Of a stretch of 64,000 nucleotides of DNA, positions 25,631 through 41,265 are shown piece after piece. The stretch is taken from NCBI RefSeq assembly GCF_009914755.1, contig NC_060947.1. One strand, written 5' to 3'. A program made the position numbers and the translations under genes. A model generated the notes under the pieces. That model was not told the origin of the DNA. It ran no database searches and saw only the letters and a program-made list of their open reading frames with translations. Position 1 is the stretch's first letter. Each line of letters opens with the position of its first letter. Origin of the DNA: the human T2T-CHM13v2.0 reference genome, Homo sapiens.

Positions 25631-26299
25631 TTCAGTTGAAGATGCTTTGAAAGTAATTATACAAATGGCAGAGAGGGAAATTCATACAATACAAATAAAC
25701 AACTGAATTTGGGCTGGGATGTTGGCACCTCAGTTTGGAGGCTGCCTGAGTTTGGGTAAATCATTTCTCAGCCTTTAACTGTAAAACTAGGGATAATAAA
25801 ACCAGAACTAGTTAGTGGGAAGATTAAATGAGATAGTATAGGTAAAAATGTTTTGTAAGTTTCAAAATTCTATTCAAATGTAAGATATGGTAAGGTAACT
25901 ATAAATGTGTAATTATCATTATAATACACAGTAGGTATGTAAATTCCAGTATTTGACACCCTTATTTTTATTCCTAGTCTCACAGACCCCCTTGATACCA
26001 ATCGGAAAAATCAACTTTAGATAAATAACAACACTCTTAATTATTTCCAATTAACTTTGGATAATATAAAATTATTTCATTTTATTTGGCCGACAAGTGA
26101 GTTTTGTTCATGAATCTCTGAGCACTACATTTTGATCTAATGATAATACTCTAAGAAGGCAATTTTGTTAGGAAAATCCATAAACAATAAATCTATAGAA
26201 AATATTTGCAAGCCAAGCATTATGACATTAAGGAGGTAAGGATGAAAGAGAGGAAGAAGGATACATCTTCCTTTTTAAATCGTTGCTAAGAATCTTGGA

Positions 26300-26500
26300 G
26301 TGGGGAAAGAGAAGCAAACATCTGTAGTGGTGAATTTTTTCTCCTTAAACCTAAAAGACAGCCAAAAAGCAATCTGTTGTTTCAAAAAAAAGCTAGTAAA
26401 CGAGGAGGAAAGTACACTTGGGGGAACATCTGGTCTGAGAAACCACTTGAAAAGTAAACGTAGGGAAACATTTGCACAACACACAGCAGCTAGCATGCTA
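26300..26500 (+). mobile_element. Degenerate BED zinc-finger coding fossil, hAT transposase N-terminus
   Basis: TSVVVNFFSLNLKDSQKAICCFKKKLV...GTSGLRNHLKSKR fits the BED pattern S-x-V-W-x-F-F...KA-x-C-x2-C...GTS-x-L-x2-HL-x3-H. RGGKYTWG reads in the adjacent frame. Confidence 0.7.
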
Positions 26501-26949
26501 CTGAAAAGAAGGCAGAATAATGCAGAAAAGATCTATATGCATAAAAGTATGCAACAGGGAAATTCACATAAAAATATAACACATTGAATGATTGTTTTTT
26601 ATAGGTAATTATTAAATATATTTTAATATTAGGCTATAAGGGTCACCGTCACTAAAACACAGTGACCGCAAAGAGCAACTGTTGCTGGAGCATAAGTCAA
26701 CCTCCCACCTCACTTGTAATGTGCTCACTCCAAGTAGAGCAGAATTAAAACAGAGAATATGATCTCTACTTTGGAGGAACTCTTAGCAAACTTAAAGAGA
26801 CACAGTCGATATCTATTAAAAACCATAGTAACATATACAACCCCATGGAAATAAATGTAAATATAAGGCTGATCACACAAAAAGATAATTTTAAAAATTA
26901 CAAAAATAAACACAACCTTGACTGAGTGAGGCTAGTCAAGAAAGGTCAA

Positions 26950-27272
26950 GGAAGGGTGGGGGAAGGGGGAAATGAAGATAGGCTGAGTGCTGATACAAAT
27001 ATACAATTTGATAGAAAAATAAGATCTAATGTTCTGTAGATCAGTAAGATGAGTATAGTTTATAATAATCTATGATATATTTCAAAATAGCTAAAGAGAA
27101 TAATTCAAATGTCTTTGGCATAAAAAAGAAGACAGATATTTAAAGTGATGGATACCCCAATTACAATAATTTGATTTTTACAGATTATATAAAAGTATTA
27201 AAGTATTGCACGCTTCCCAAAAATATGTGTATCTGTTATATATCAGTAAATAAAATAATTTTTTTTAAAAAA
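26950..27272 (+). mobile_element. L1MA 3' end
   Basis: atatttcaaaatagctaaagaga...gtgatggataccccaattac...aataaaa. Confidence 0.8.
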
Positions 27273-27289
27273 AGGAGTATAAAGAAAGG

Positions 27290-29545
<2,256 letters not shown>

Positions 29546-29589
29546 TCACTAATGAATGGGTTGAGAAGGTCAGAGTAAAGACAAACCAG

Positions 29590-29767
29590 AGCAGAAGCTC
29601 TCAGGTCTTAGAGTATGTAAGAAACATTTGAGGTGCTGATAATAAATATCATTTCCTGGAATGTACTCCAGAACTACAGTCTCTGAGGCTAGGAATCTGA
29701 AATATGCTTTTTTAAAAAATAGCATCTTAAATATTTCTGAGGTATGCACAAGTTTGGGAACTGCTGG
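29590..29767. mobile_element. MER5-like hAT-Charlie MITE
   Basis: Ends aagtttgggaactgctg, internal aggaatctgaaatatgcttttt. Confidence 0.55.
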
Positions 29768-30429
29768 TCTGGTTCACCTCCACTCAAATTCAATTTACTT
29801 ACTGGTGAAAGACTAATCTTAACTCTGATATGTTGCTTTCTGCTCAAGAACCTTCAATAATTTCCTTTTATCTACTGAATAAAGTTCAAACTAGTCTGTC
29901 TGGCATACAAAGCCCACTATAATATACTCCAAGCTACTTTTTCATTGTTTTCTAGCCACATGAATCTTTCACTCTTTTCAAATAAAACTGCTCCTTTCTC
30001 ACAAATGCTTCACACTTGTCTACCTCTAGGCCTTGGCAGAGGCTTATCTTTATATGTGAGAATATCGTTTTTCTATCTGCTATTAATTGATAGAGGGATA
30101 GATACCTGACTTAAGTCAGGTCAGTCAGAATTTTCCCCCAGTTTTTCTCCCAAGGAGATTGTAAAACTCAAGAGCTCGTGGCATTCGTGTGTTCAAACAT
30201 GGGAGACCAAAAAAAAAAAAAAAAAAACGGAGAAAGAACTGAAGTGGGCCTCAGTCATCTGCATTTTTACAAGCAACTAAATGGGTAATTCTAATGCAAA
30301 GGGCACATTTTCAGAAACACTGGAGTTAAAAAAAAAAAAAAAAAAAAAAAAAAACCACTGATATGGAATCCGGAGACTCATTCTAAACTTGAGTCCATCA
30401 TTAACTTACTAGATGATCTGGCCTCAATC

Positions 30430-30765
30430 AGCTCATAGAAGTAAAATGTAAAACAGGATACTAGAGACTGAGAAGGGGTGGGTAGGAGGATAGGGAGAGA
30501 TTTGTTAAAGAATACAAAATTACAGTTAGATAGGAGGACAAACTTCTAGTGTTCTATAGCACTGTAGGATGACTATAGTTAACAGTAATATATAGTTTCA
30601 AATAGCTAGAAGGAGGATATTGAATTTTCCCAACACAAAGAAATGGTAAACGTTTGAGATGATGGATATGCTAATTACCTTGATCTGATCAGTTTACATT
30701 ATATGTGTTGCAGCATAACAACATACCCCATGAATATGTACAATTATTATGTCGATTAAAAAATT
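30430..30765 (+). mobile_element. L1MA4-type 3' end inserted in a MIR
   Basis: aaaattacagttagataggagga...cccaacacaaagaaatg...gatggatatgctaattacc. Confidence 0.85.
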
Positions 30766-31111
30766 CTGAAGCTTGCATTTCTCCATCTGTAAAATATGAG
30801 TGATACAATAAGCATAGTTACCAAAAAATGAAACGATTGGTAAATGCATGCTTCCTTCTTGTTGAACCTCAGTTTGTAATTTTTCTCAAAGTCTATTCTT
30901 AACCTGTACTGTGTGATGTTGTACAGAAGACTGTGTACATAAGATTGTGCTTAAGTAGAAAAAGTATTCTATTCAAGAATATAATGTATACTAAGGATTA
31001 TATGGTACACTTGTTAAACTACCAAAAGATCCAAGAATAATTCCCCGCATTACAAAATGTTTTTATATACATGCATGAATACATATAAACATATATATGA
31101 ATATATATATA

Positions 31112-31173
31112 TTTGTAAACTCTGATATATATATGAGATATATATGAGATAAATATATATCTGAGTTTACAAA
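31112..31173. repeat. Inverted repeat with 21-bp arms in a TA-rich tract
   Basis: tttgtaaactctgatatatat ... atatatatctgagtttacaaa, 1 mismatch, 20-nt spacer. Confidence 0.9.
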
Positions 31174-31586
31174 ATGCCAAAACAATTAGTTAATTTTGAT
31201 GATTCAATGAAGAGAAAGATCTGTTATATAAACTTTTGATACATTATAAAACAAATCAATTTACCTATCTATCTGCAATTTATTTTTGACAGCTTGTAGA
31301 CATTTTTCCATTTAGAATAGAATAAAGCATTTTAGCTACGTATCCCATTGCATTATGGCCTCAAGAAGAGTCTGAGCAAGCTGAGTGTTGGGTGGGAAAA
31401 AAATGTGTGCTGGTTTCTCTAACAAGGTATTAACTTTCCAGTAAAATGCAAATATTTTCCAAAGTTTCTCTCTCTGTTACTTTCTTATTGATAAGCACTA
31501 CATATAACATGTTGCATCAAATACTAGAATAAATTTATCAAATATTTTCAAGTAGGTAATTATTTGAAATCCTCTACAATGTAAGG

Positions 31587-31588
<2 letters not shown>

Positions 31589-31630
<42 letters not shown>

Positions 31631-31647
31631 ACACACACAGACACACA
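31589..31647. repeat. (CA)n microsatellite
   Basis: Directly visible. Confidence 0.97.
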
Positions 31648-32267
31648 AAACTACCTAGGTATCACCACTCCTATCACCCCTTTCTCTTCTGTGGGGTTCG
31701 TAACTATTTTGAATATATACAAAAGGATAGAAAAGAGAGACATTAAGAATGAAACCTGAGCAACCTAAGCTAGCCATATACAGGATACATAAACAGAGAG
31801 ACTTTTATAAGGTAGATTTAGTGACAAATAATTTAGTGACTTTTTGTAAGGTAGATTTAGTGACAAGTGATTAATTGAAGGAAGGGAGTGTCAAAAGTAA
31901 GTTTCCATTCAGTGTCAAAACAAGTTGTGTCCTGTTATTTGAAAAGTGCCAAAAATATTGATTAACCTGAAACATTGAATAAAAGTTGATTGCTTCAAGC
32001 AAATAGTTTTGAAAGTCTCTCCAGTGCAGCTGGACTAACTTTGGAAAACAAATTTGGCATAACTGAAAGTTTGCAAATTCTTTAAGTAAACATGCCATTA
32101 TTTGACAGGATTATTACCTTCAAAGTTTTTGTTTTGATCCAGGCAATCAGATCCCTTCATTTTGAGGTTTTAAACATGCTTCTTATTATGTGAAAACATA
32201 TAAAGTTGTAAAATTAAATAGCTATATCTTAAAAGTAAATATTTTAGATCTACTAACTGAACATGTT

Positions 32268-32355
32268 ATTAGTAAATGTATAATTATTTTCTCATAGTGA
32301 TCTCAACAAGAATTAGTAAATTTATAATTTTTTCCTCATAGTGATTTCAACATGA
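32268..32355. repeat. 44-bp tandem duplication, diverged
   Basis: Unit attagtaaa...ctcatagtga(t)tcaaca present twice with a few mismatches. Confidence 0.85.
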
Positions 32356-32776
32356 CGAAATGTCTTTGTTCCGGGGTGGATGTGGACACACTAAACTTTT
32401 CAATGCAGATTAGAATTTTTTTAACAGCCAAATAGCCTTTATAATTAAGTTTCTACTGGCTGAGGTAATTATATACCATTGTATTAATGAATACTAGTTA
32501 GAATTCAGCTCAGAATACCCTGACATACTTAATATATTTAAATTACTGCATTATAGCCTGTCTCAAGAATAGTTTTCACACAAATAGATTTGATTCTTTT
32601 TTCAAGTGTGGGGGAAATCACACAAGTACTATGTACACACAAAATACTTTTCTTCATTAGAATATAAAGAGTATTCAGATTATTTTAAATTTTATTATAA
32701 AATCCTTTAAAAAGCCAGTCTTACAGAAGAGCAAATATTACTGTTACAATAAAAACTTACTCTATCTTTCTCTTTT

Positions 32777-35700
32777 TTGTTAACAGCTTTATTGAGATAT
32801 CATTCACGTACAATTCAACCACTTAAAGTGTATAATTCAATTTTTTAGAATATTCTAAGTTTTGCAACCACCACTACATTAGTTATAAAACATTTTTATA
32901 ACCCCTTAAAAATCTTTGTGCAAATTTCACCATTAACCCTCAGGTACCTAAGTCAGAAGTTCACACAAATACTTGTATATGGATGTTCATGACAGCATTA
33001 CTCATAATAGCCAAAAGATGAAAACAACCCAAATTACCATCAACTGATGAGTGGATAAGCAAAACGTGGGACATTCTTACAATGGGAGTATTATTTGCTA
33101 TGTACCTAAGAGTGGAATTTATGAATCATCTGGAAAATGTATGTTTAACTTCTGAGAAGTCACCAGTCTGTTTCCATAGCAGCTGCCCTACTTTATATTC
33201 CCACCAGCAGTTTATGATTATTCCAATTTCTCTACATCCATGTGAACACTTGATATAGTTGGGATATTTGTCCCTGCCCAAATCTCATGTTGAAATGGAA
33301 CCCCCAATGTTGGAGGTGTGGCCTTGTGTGAGGTATTTGGATAGTGGAGGTGGATTCCTCATGAATGGCTTGTGCCATCCCCTTGATGATAAGTGAGCTC
33401 TTGCTCTGAGTTCACATGAAATCTGGTCTTTCAAAACTGTGTGGCACCTCCCTCCCACTCTTTCACACTCTTTGCTCCTGCTTTCATCCTGTGACATGCC
33501 TGCTACCCCTTTGCCTTCTGTCATGATTGTAAGCTTCCTGAGGCTACCCCAAAAGCCAAACAAATGTTGCCATTATGCTCCTAGTAAAGCCTGTAGAACT
33601 ATGAGCCAATTAAACCTCTTTTCTTTATTAAATTTCTTTATTAAACTACCCAGTGTCAGTTATTCCTTTATAGCAAATCAAGAATGACCTAATACAGAAA
33701 ATTGGTACCAGCAGTGGGTTATGGCTATAAGATACTTGTAAATGTAAAAGTAGCTTTGGAATTGGATAACAGGCAGAGGTTGGAAGAGTTTGGAGGGCTC
33801 AGAAGAAGACAGGAAGATGAGGGAAAGTTTGGAATTTCTTAGAGACTAGTTAAATGGTTGAGACCAAAATGCTAGAGACTAATGGACAGTGAAGCCCAGG
33901 CTGACAAGGTCTTAGATGAAAACATGGAATTTTTGGGGAACTGGAGCAAACGTCATGCATCCTATGCCTTAACAAGCAGCTTGACTGCATTCTGTGAATT
34001 TCCTAGGAATCTGTGGAAGTTTGAGTTGGCGGAAGAAATTTCTAAGCAGCAAAGCATTCAAGATGTGACTTGTTTGTTTCTACACTCAGATGTGGAAGCA
34101 AAGAAATGACTTAAAGTAGGCATATATAGTTAAACAGGAAATAGAGCATAAACGTTTGGAAAATTTGCAATCTGGCCATGTGGCAGAGGAAAAAAAAGGT
34201 TTTTCCAGAAGAGAAATTCAAGTATGCTGTGAAATAACCACTTGCTAGAGGAATTTGCATAACTAAAAAGGAGCCAAGTGTTAATATCCAAAAAAAAAAA
34301 ATTGGGAAAAGTCCTTGAAGGAAGTTCAGAGACCTTTATGGCAGCCACTTTATGGCAGCACTACAGGCCAGAGGACCAGGAAGAATAAATGGTTTTGTAG
34401 GCCAAGCCCTGTGCTCTGTTGCCCTGTGTAGCCTCAGGACAATGCTCCCCACATCCTGGCCACTCCAGCACCAGCCTCAGCTAAAGGGACACAGGTACAG
34501 CTTGGGTGCCATTCTGGAGGGCACAAGCCATAAGCTTTGGTGGCTTCCATGTGGTATTAAGCCTACAGGTGCACAAATGCAAGAGTGGTGGATTCTTGGC
34601 AGCCTTCGCCTAGATTTCAGAGAATGTATGGAAATGCCTGGGTGTCCAGGCAGAAGCCTACTGCAGAGGTAGAAAACTCAAAGAGAAGCTCTACTAGGGC
34701 AATGACAAGGGGACATGTGGGGTTGGAACCCCCACACAGAGTCACCAGTGAGGCACTGCTTAGTAGAACTGTGAAAAGGGGGTCACAATCCTCCAGACCA
34801 CAGAATGGTAGATCCACTGGCAGCTTGAACCCTGTGCCTGCCAAAGCTGTAGGCACTTGACAGTCTGTGAGAGCAGCCACGGAGGCTGTATTCTTCAAAG
34901 CTACAGGAGAAAAGCTGCCCAAGGCCTTGGGAGCCCACCCCTTGCACCAGTGTGACCTGGATGTGAGACATGATGTCAAAGGAGATTATTTTGGAGCTTT
35001 GACATGTAATGACTGCCCTGGTGGGTGTTAGACATGTGTGGGGCCGGTAGTCCCTTTCTTTTCACCAATTTCTCCCTTTGGAATGGAAATATTTACCCAA
35101 TGCTGGTATCCCCATTGTATTTTGGAAGTAAATAACTTGTTTGATTTCACAGGTTATAGGTGGAAGGGACTTGCCTTGTCTCAGATAAGACTTTGTACTT
35201 TTGAGTTAATGGGGTAATGAATTAAGACTTTGGGAGATTATTGAGAGGGCGTGATTGCATTTTGCAATGTGAAAAGAACATGAGATTTGGGAGGACCAGG
35301 GGTGCCGTGATATACTTTGGATATTTGCCCTCACACAAATCTCATGTTGAATTGTAATCCCCAGTGTTAGAGGTAGGGCCTAGTGGGAGGTGTTTTGATC
35401 ATGGAAGCAGATCCTTCACGAATGGTTTGGGCCACCCCCTTGGTGATAAGTGAGTTCTCACTCTGAGTTCACACAAGACCTGTTCATTTAAAAATGCGTG
35501 GCACCTCTCCTCAACTCTCTCTCTCTTGCTCCTTCTTTCGCCATGTAACGTACCTGCTCCCCCTTCACCTTCCACGATGATTGCAAACTTCTTAACAGAA
35601 GCTGAGCAGATGTCATCAGTATACTTCCTGTAAAACCCAAAGAATTGTAAGCCAATTAAACCTCTTTTCTTTGTAAATTACTCAGTCTCAGGCATTTATA

Positions 35701-36605
35701 GCAATGCGAGAACAGCCTAATACAGCAGTTTTTATTTTCTGTTTTTTTCTTTTTAAATTATAGACATACTAGTGAGGATAATGTTGGTATCTCATTGTGC
35801 ATTTGATTTGCTTTTTCCTACTGATTCATGGTGTTCAGCATCTTGCCATGTGTTTATTGGCCATTTTCATATATTCCCTGGATAAAAGACTTCATTTTAA
35901 AATTTCTTGCCCATTTTGTAATTGGGTTGTTTGTTTTTATATTGTAGATTTATAAGAGTCATTTGAATATTCTGGATTTAAATCTTTTATCAAAAATGAT
36001 TTGCAAATATTTTCTCCATTATGTGGACTATCTTTCTATCTTTTTACTTTCTTGATTTTGTTTTTTGAGGCAGTTTTAAATTTTGATGAAGTCCAATATA
36101 TCTATTTTTTGTTGTTGTTGTTGCTTGTACTTTAGATGCCATATCTAAGAAATCATTGCCTATTTCAAGATCATGAATATTTACATGTATGCCTTTTTCT
36201 AAGAGTTTTATAGTTTTAGCTTTTATACTTAAGTACTTTGAAATGTTAGTGGTCTTTGCAGTTATTCCTATTGTGCTGAGGTGGGAGTGATGAAGGACAA
36301 AGTGACTCATCGTTCAAATGTCACAGACTCTTGCTGTTCTTACAAAGTTTTAGTAGATTTTCTTGAATAAATGTTTCTTCGCTTGCTGTAAGCCCTTAGG
36401 TCAATTTACGGAGACTTTAACGTATATATATATGGATAGATATAGGTAGATATAGATGGACATATCTATTTATGTACATATAATCTCTCTCTATCTGTAT
36501 CAATATATCTATACCTATATGCATATTATTTTTTATTAATTATGATTCTTTCACCGGGGGTTGGGGCCATGGAGCTCCTCATGCTGCCATTCCATAAGAG
36601 GAACC
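32777..36605 (-). mobile_element. Old L1 (L1MB-type 3' part with an ancient 5'UTR), rearranged and interrupted by MSTB
   Basis: 3' end 32777-32940, inverted piece ~32955-33097, continuation 33100-33250 and 35730-36240, old L1 5' end ~36260-36605. Confidence 0.7.
33251..35724 (+). mobile_element. Full-length MSTB-type MaLR element (LTR 33251-33696, internal, LTR 35308-35724)
   Basis: Paired LTRs with the MSTB-type catgaatggcttg...gataagtgag segment, internal region starts gaaaattggtacc, degenerate TSD acact/gcagt. Confidence 0.92.
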
Positions 36606-36929
36606 TCTTTGTCTTTTAAAAAACAGAAATTTATTAATTTTGTAATGATAATCCTTGTTTGTTAGTATGAAATGTTTGCCTGCTTCATTGGGACAATTAT
36701 TACTTATCTTGGTTTGTCTATAGTTATGTTACCTTTAAAATTTATATTTCTTATATGACGATATTGTTATACTTCTTAACGTGACAGGAACAGACCTATG
36801 TTTAAACCTGCACAGAAGAGTGGACTTAACAGATATTGATTATTTGCTCAACTTTTCTCCACTGCTTGAGAAAACATTATATGTTGTATTTCTTTGATGA
36901 GTAGTTTCTCCAGCACTCTGAAAAACATA

Positions 36930-37387
36930 ATGTTTGCCAGGCCTACCAAACATAAATTGACCCAGTTGCTAAAGGAATCTAGAAGTTGAGCTAGTCACTA
37001 AAGCTGTGTCAAATAGATTTTTGTCCTTGGACCTTTTTTCTACAGCTGAGAATGAGAGAGAGAGAGTTTTCTTTCAATTATGAACCATAAAATATGATAT
37101 AAACCTAAAGCTGCCTTTGGGCATATCTCTATCTATATAGAGAAAGCTTCCATATGGTAAAAGAGAATGAGGCCAATCCACAGAAAAAGTAGACACTAAG
37201 TGAAGAGAAAGGAAAAGGAAGTGGAAATAGAGAGCAAATTAATAATATTGTTTGAGACTCTGAATATTCTTGCAGAGACCAGATCTAAACCTGACTTTCC
37301 TATATATATGAACCCATAAATATCCTTTCTGCTTAAGCTTGTTTGAGTTGGCTTTCTCTCATGTGCAACTGAGTTTTGACTAATATA
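36930..37387 (+). mobile_element. Ancient MaLR/ERVL LTR (MLT1J-L-like)
   Basis: gagaatgaggccaatccacag...gcttaagcttgtttgagttggctttct...gcaactga...actaatata. Confidence 0.55.
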
Positions 37388-37524
37388 CGTATATGTACAT
37401 TATAACTACAAATATATAAAATATCACATATATGTCTCTTTCTGTACATATCAATAAAAATGTTCATACTAGTCCTTTTAATAAATCATAAATGTTAAAA
37501 ACATCAGAAAACTGGCAAATTTCT

Positions 37525-37868
<344 letters not shown>

Positions 37869-38469
37869 CTATATATTTTAATTAGGTTATATTCAAAATC
37901 TCATTCTGTAGAGCAAATCATTCAGATTTTCTTTTTAAACATAATAGAATCAAATAGTAAGTAGTATTTCTTGAGGGCCCTTTGTACCAGCAGTGCCTTA
38001 TACTGAAAATAAAATCCTATCACAATGCCTTAAAAAAAGACTGTGCCTTATTTGTGTTATATAATAAAATGTTCAGTATTACGCAGTTTAGGGATGATAA
38101 TGCACACAATGCTGCCAGTGACCTAGAATTTTTCCACTTTTATCTTCTGCCATTCTCAATGGGTTGCCTTTTGCCCTTGTATTTGTGGTCACAAGGTAAC
38201 TATTGTGTCTCCAGGCTTCACATCAATTTTTCAGTCAAGAAAAGAGAAGAGCAAAGAGGCAAAAGGAAAAAAGTGAATAAGTGATGGAAAATGTAGAGTG
38301 CGCATTTAGACATAAGGGTTTAGGGCCCAAGTTTGGACTTGGAAGTCACTGGTATACAAATAGTAATAAATCCATGGGTCTGGATGAGATGAACTATGGA
38401 AGGAGTGAAGAGTGAAAAGATAAGGGGGCAGAAAAGAATTCCAGATAATATCACCAATTATAATTCAGG

Positions 38470-39700
38470 ATCCAGATCGCCAATAAACATATGAAAAGAT
38501 GCTCAATATTATTACTCATTAGTAAAATGCAGTTTAAAACACAATGACATAGCACACATATGCATATACACACATCTCACACGCATTCAAATAGGTAAAA
38601 TTCAAATGAATAAAAATACCATGTGTTGGCAAAAAGGTGGAGCAACTTGAACACTCATACATTGCTAGTAGAAGTGTAAAGTGGTAAAAAAAAAAACTGT
38701 GTTAGAAAACTGAAAAAAAATTAAAATTCATCAACTGTGTTTAATCCATTGAGTTTCTAATTGTATTAAACAGGAAAATGCTGATTACCTTCTGAGGATC
38801 ACAGAGAAATTATTCAATATTTTGAAAATTAAGTAGTTAAATAGAATAAATCATATATTCGTACTGCTTTTCTTATATAAACTTTGCCAATTGATAACCA
38901 AAAAGTAGATGAAGGGAAGTGTCTCCTTACAACATTCTCCCAGTGAATAAATGAACGGAAAATAATTGAATTAATATATCAATTTGTTTAACCTAGCAAT
39001 GAATTAATTGATCTATGCTTTGAATACCAATGCTTGCTAACATAAGAAGAGAGACAGAAAAGGAGAGCGAGAGATACAGGCATTACCATTCTCCTGATAA
39101 AAAAACACAATACCACTTCTATTCTCACTAAAGTGTTTGAATCTGCCGATTAAACTCCAGATCTAGCTACCAATTTTCAGAAAGCATAGAGGACCGAAGA
39201 ATGTTTTGAACTACACCATAATAATACAATCAACAAAATCTAGACCGTGGGAAAGTCTACAATTCTCATAGCTTGGGTTCTTCAGCAAGTAAATAATAAG
39301 GAGAGGAAGGGAAGTATAAGGAAATATATTAATTGTAAGACAGATACAATATATCATATTTTCTCATTTATTGCCTATTTTTAAAATTGGCAAAACTAAA
39401 CTATAATGCACACTCGATTGATAAAACCATCAAGAAAAGCAAGCAAATAATTTATATAAAAGAATAGTGGTCAGTTGTAGATGGAGTGGGGACTGTGATT
39501 ACAATAGGCCATATAAAGGGAGGTCTTGGGTAATTGAACAACTTCTATTTCTGGAGCTCGTTGGTAAAAAGAATGATTGTTTTATAGTACACATTTGTTT
39601 AATATGTTTTTCTTTATTTTATTTTAAATAAGAAAATGAAAATAAAGAAAATAATTTTAAAAAATTAAAATTTTAAAAACAGAAGTGAAATAAAGTCATT
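38470..39700 (+). mobile_element. Old L1 fragments (L1ME/L1MC 3' regions)
   Basis: caataaacatatgaaaagatgctcaatatt..., aatacaatcaacaaaatctagaccgtggga... Confidence 0.6.
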
Positions 39701-41265
39701 TATTAAAAAGCCAAAAACAAAGACTTTCACCAGCAATTCCACACTAAAAGAAAAATTAAAGATAACTCTTTAGGTAGAATAAAAATGATCTCATATAGAA
39801 AATGAAAATTCAGGAGGAAATTCATAACACTGAGAAAAGTAAATATGTGAATAAGTATAAATAAATATTTACTCTTGCATCAATAAGTACATGTTATAAG
39901 AAACTTAAAATATATATTAAAATAGTATATTGAGGGGATGGAATAAATCGATTTAAATATTCTAAGTTCATATAAGTATCATAGAAGTGGTACAAATATT
40001 AATACTTATTAAACCGTGATGATTAATGGCTATGGGTTGTGATCTTCAGGGTAATTATTAGAAGAATAGTAAAATAACATTGACTATAAAGTTTCTACAA
40101 AGAAAAATAAAATAACAGAAATACTTGATTAGTCATAAAAAGGAGGAAAAAAGAAGGTGAAAAGAAGAAACCTAGAACAAATTTTCTAAGCAGAAAGCAA
40201 ATAATTAGATAGTAATATAAATCCAAAAATATAGAAGTTACATTAAATGAAAATGGACAAAATACTCTGAGTAGAATATTAAGTTATAATAATTGATAAA
40301 AAGATAAGACCCAATTGTACGTTACTTAAAAAATGCAAAACTTAAATTTAATGACAGAGCACGTTTAAAGGAAAATGAAATCCATATACCACGTGAACAC
40401 TAATTGAAAGTTAAGAAAGATAAGAACAGAAATCAGTGAATTAGAAAGCAATGATAAAATAGATAACATCATTAACATGTTTTGTTCTTTAAAACATTAA
40501 TATAGATAATAAATCTCTAGAAAGACTGGTTAAAAAAAGGGAGAATAAGGAACATCATAACATACTATAGACATTCAAGATTATGATAGATTATTAGAGT
40601 GACTTTATACAGATCCTTTAACAATTTGCATGAAATAGAATATCTTTCAAAAAATATGAGCCGTCAAAGCTGACAGAAGATATTGAATATCCTTATACAC
40701 TGAATCCTTTTGAAAGAAGTGAATCTGCTGTTAATTTTTTTCATACAGACACATATGCATGTACATGCACATACACACACACACATACACACACACACAC
40801 CCCTTTAGGCTCAGGTGAATTTATTAATAAATTCTTACAAATATTTAACAAAGAAATAGCACCAATTTTTTTCAAACTCTTCTAGAAAATAGAAGAATAG
40901 TTCCTCACTTTATTTTTAAAGAACAGCATAACATCAATTCCATAATCTGAGTATGGCAGCAAAGTAAATGTAATCCATGTCTCTCTCATTTCCATAGTTG
41001 CAAAAAGTAGGAAAATATTAGCAAATTGAAATCATACAGTATAAGAAAAATACATTACATCCAACTGAAGTTTATTTTAGTTATTCAAAAACGGCTTAGT
41101 ATTAGAAAATCAGTTACACCAACAGAAAATAAAAGACCTTTGGAAATTCATAGAATCATTCTGTTTGATGAAGACAAAGCATTTGAAAAAAATCAGCATC
41201 TCTTCATGGTAAATCTCTAAGCAAATTAAGGCTAGAAAGAATTTTTTTAAATCAGATAAACGACA

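Noticed and set aside
30208-30354. Two poly(A) runs as processed-pseudogene tails
   Set aside because: No recognisable retrocopy body or TSD; they border MER5/MIR fragments and look like expanded homopolymers
31800-32355. Short direct repeats as a CRISPR-like array
   Set aside because: Only two copies each, no spacer series, eukaryotic context, no cas genes
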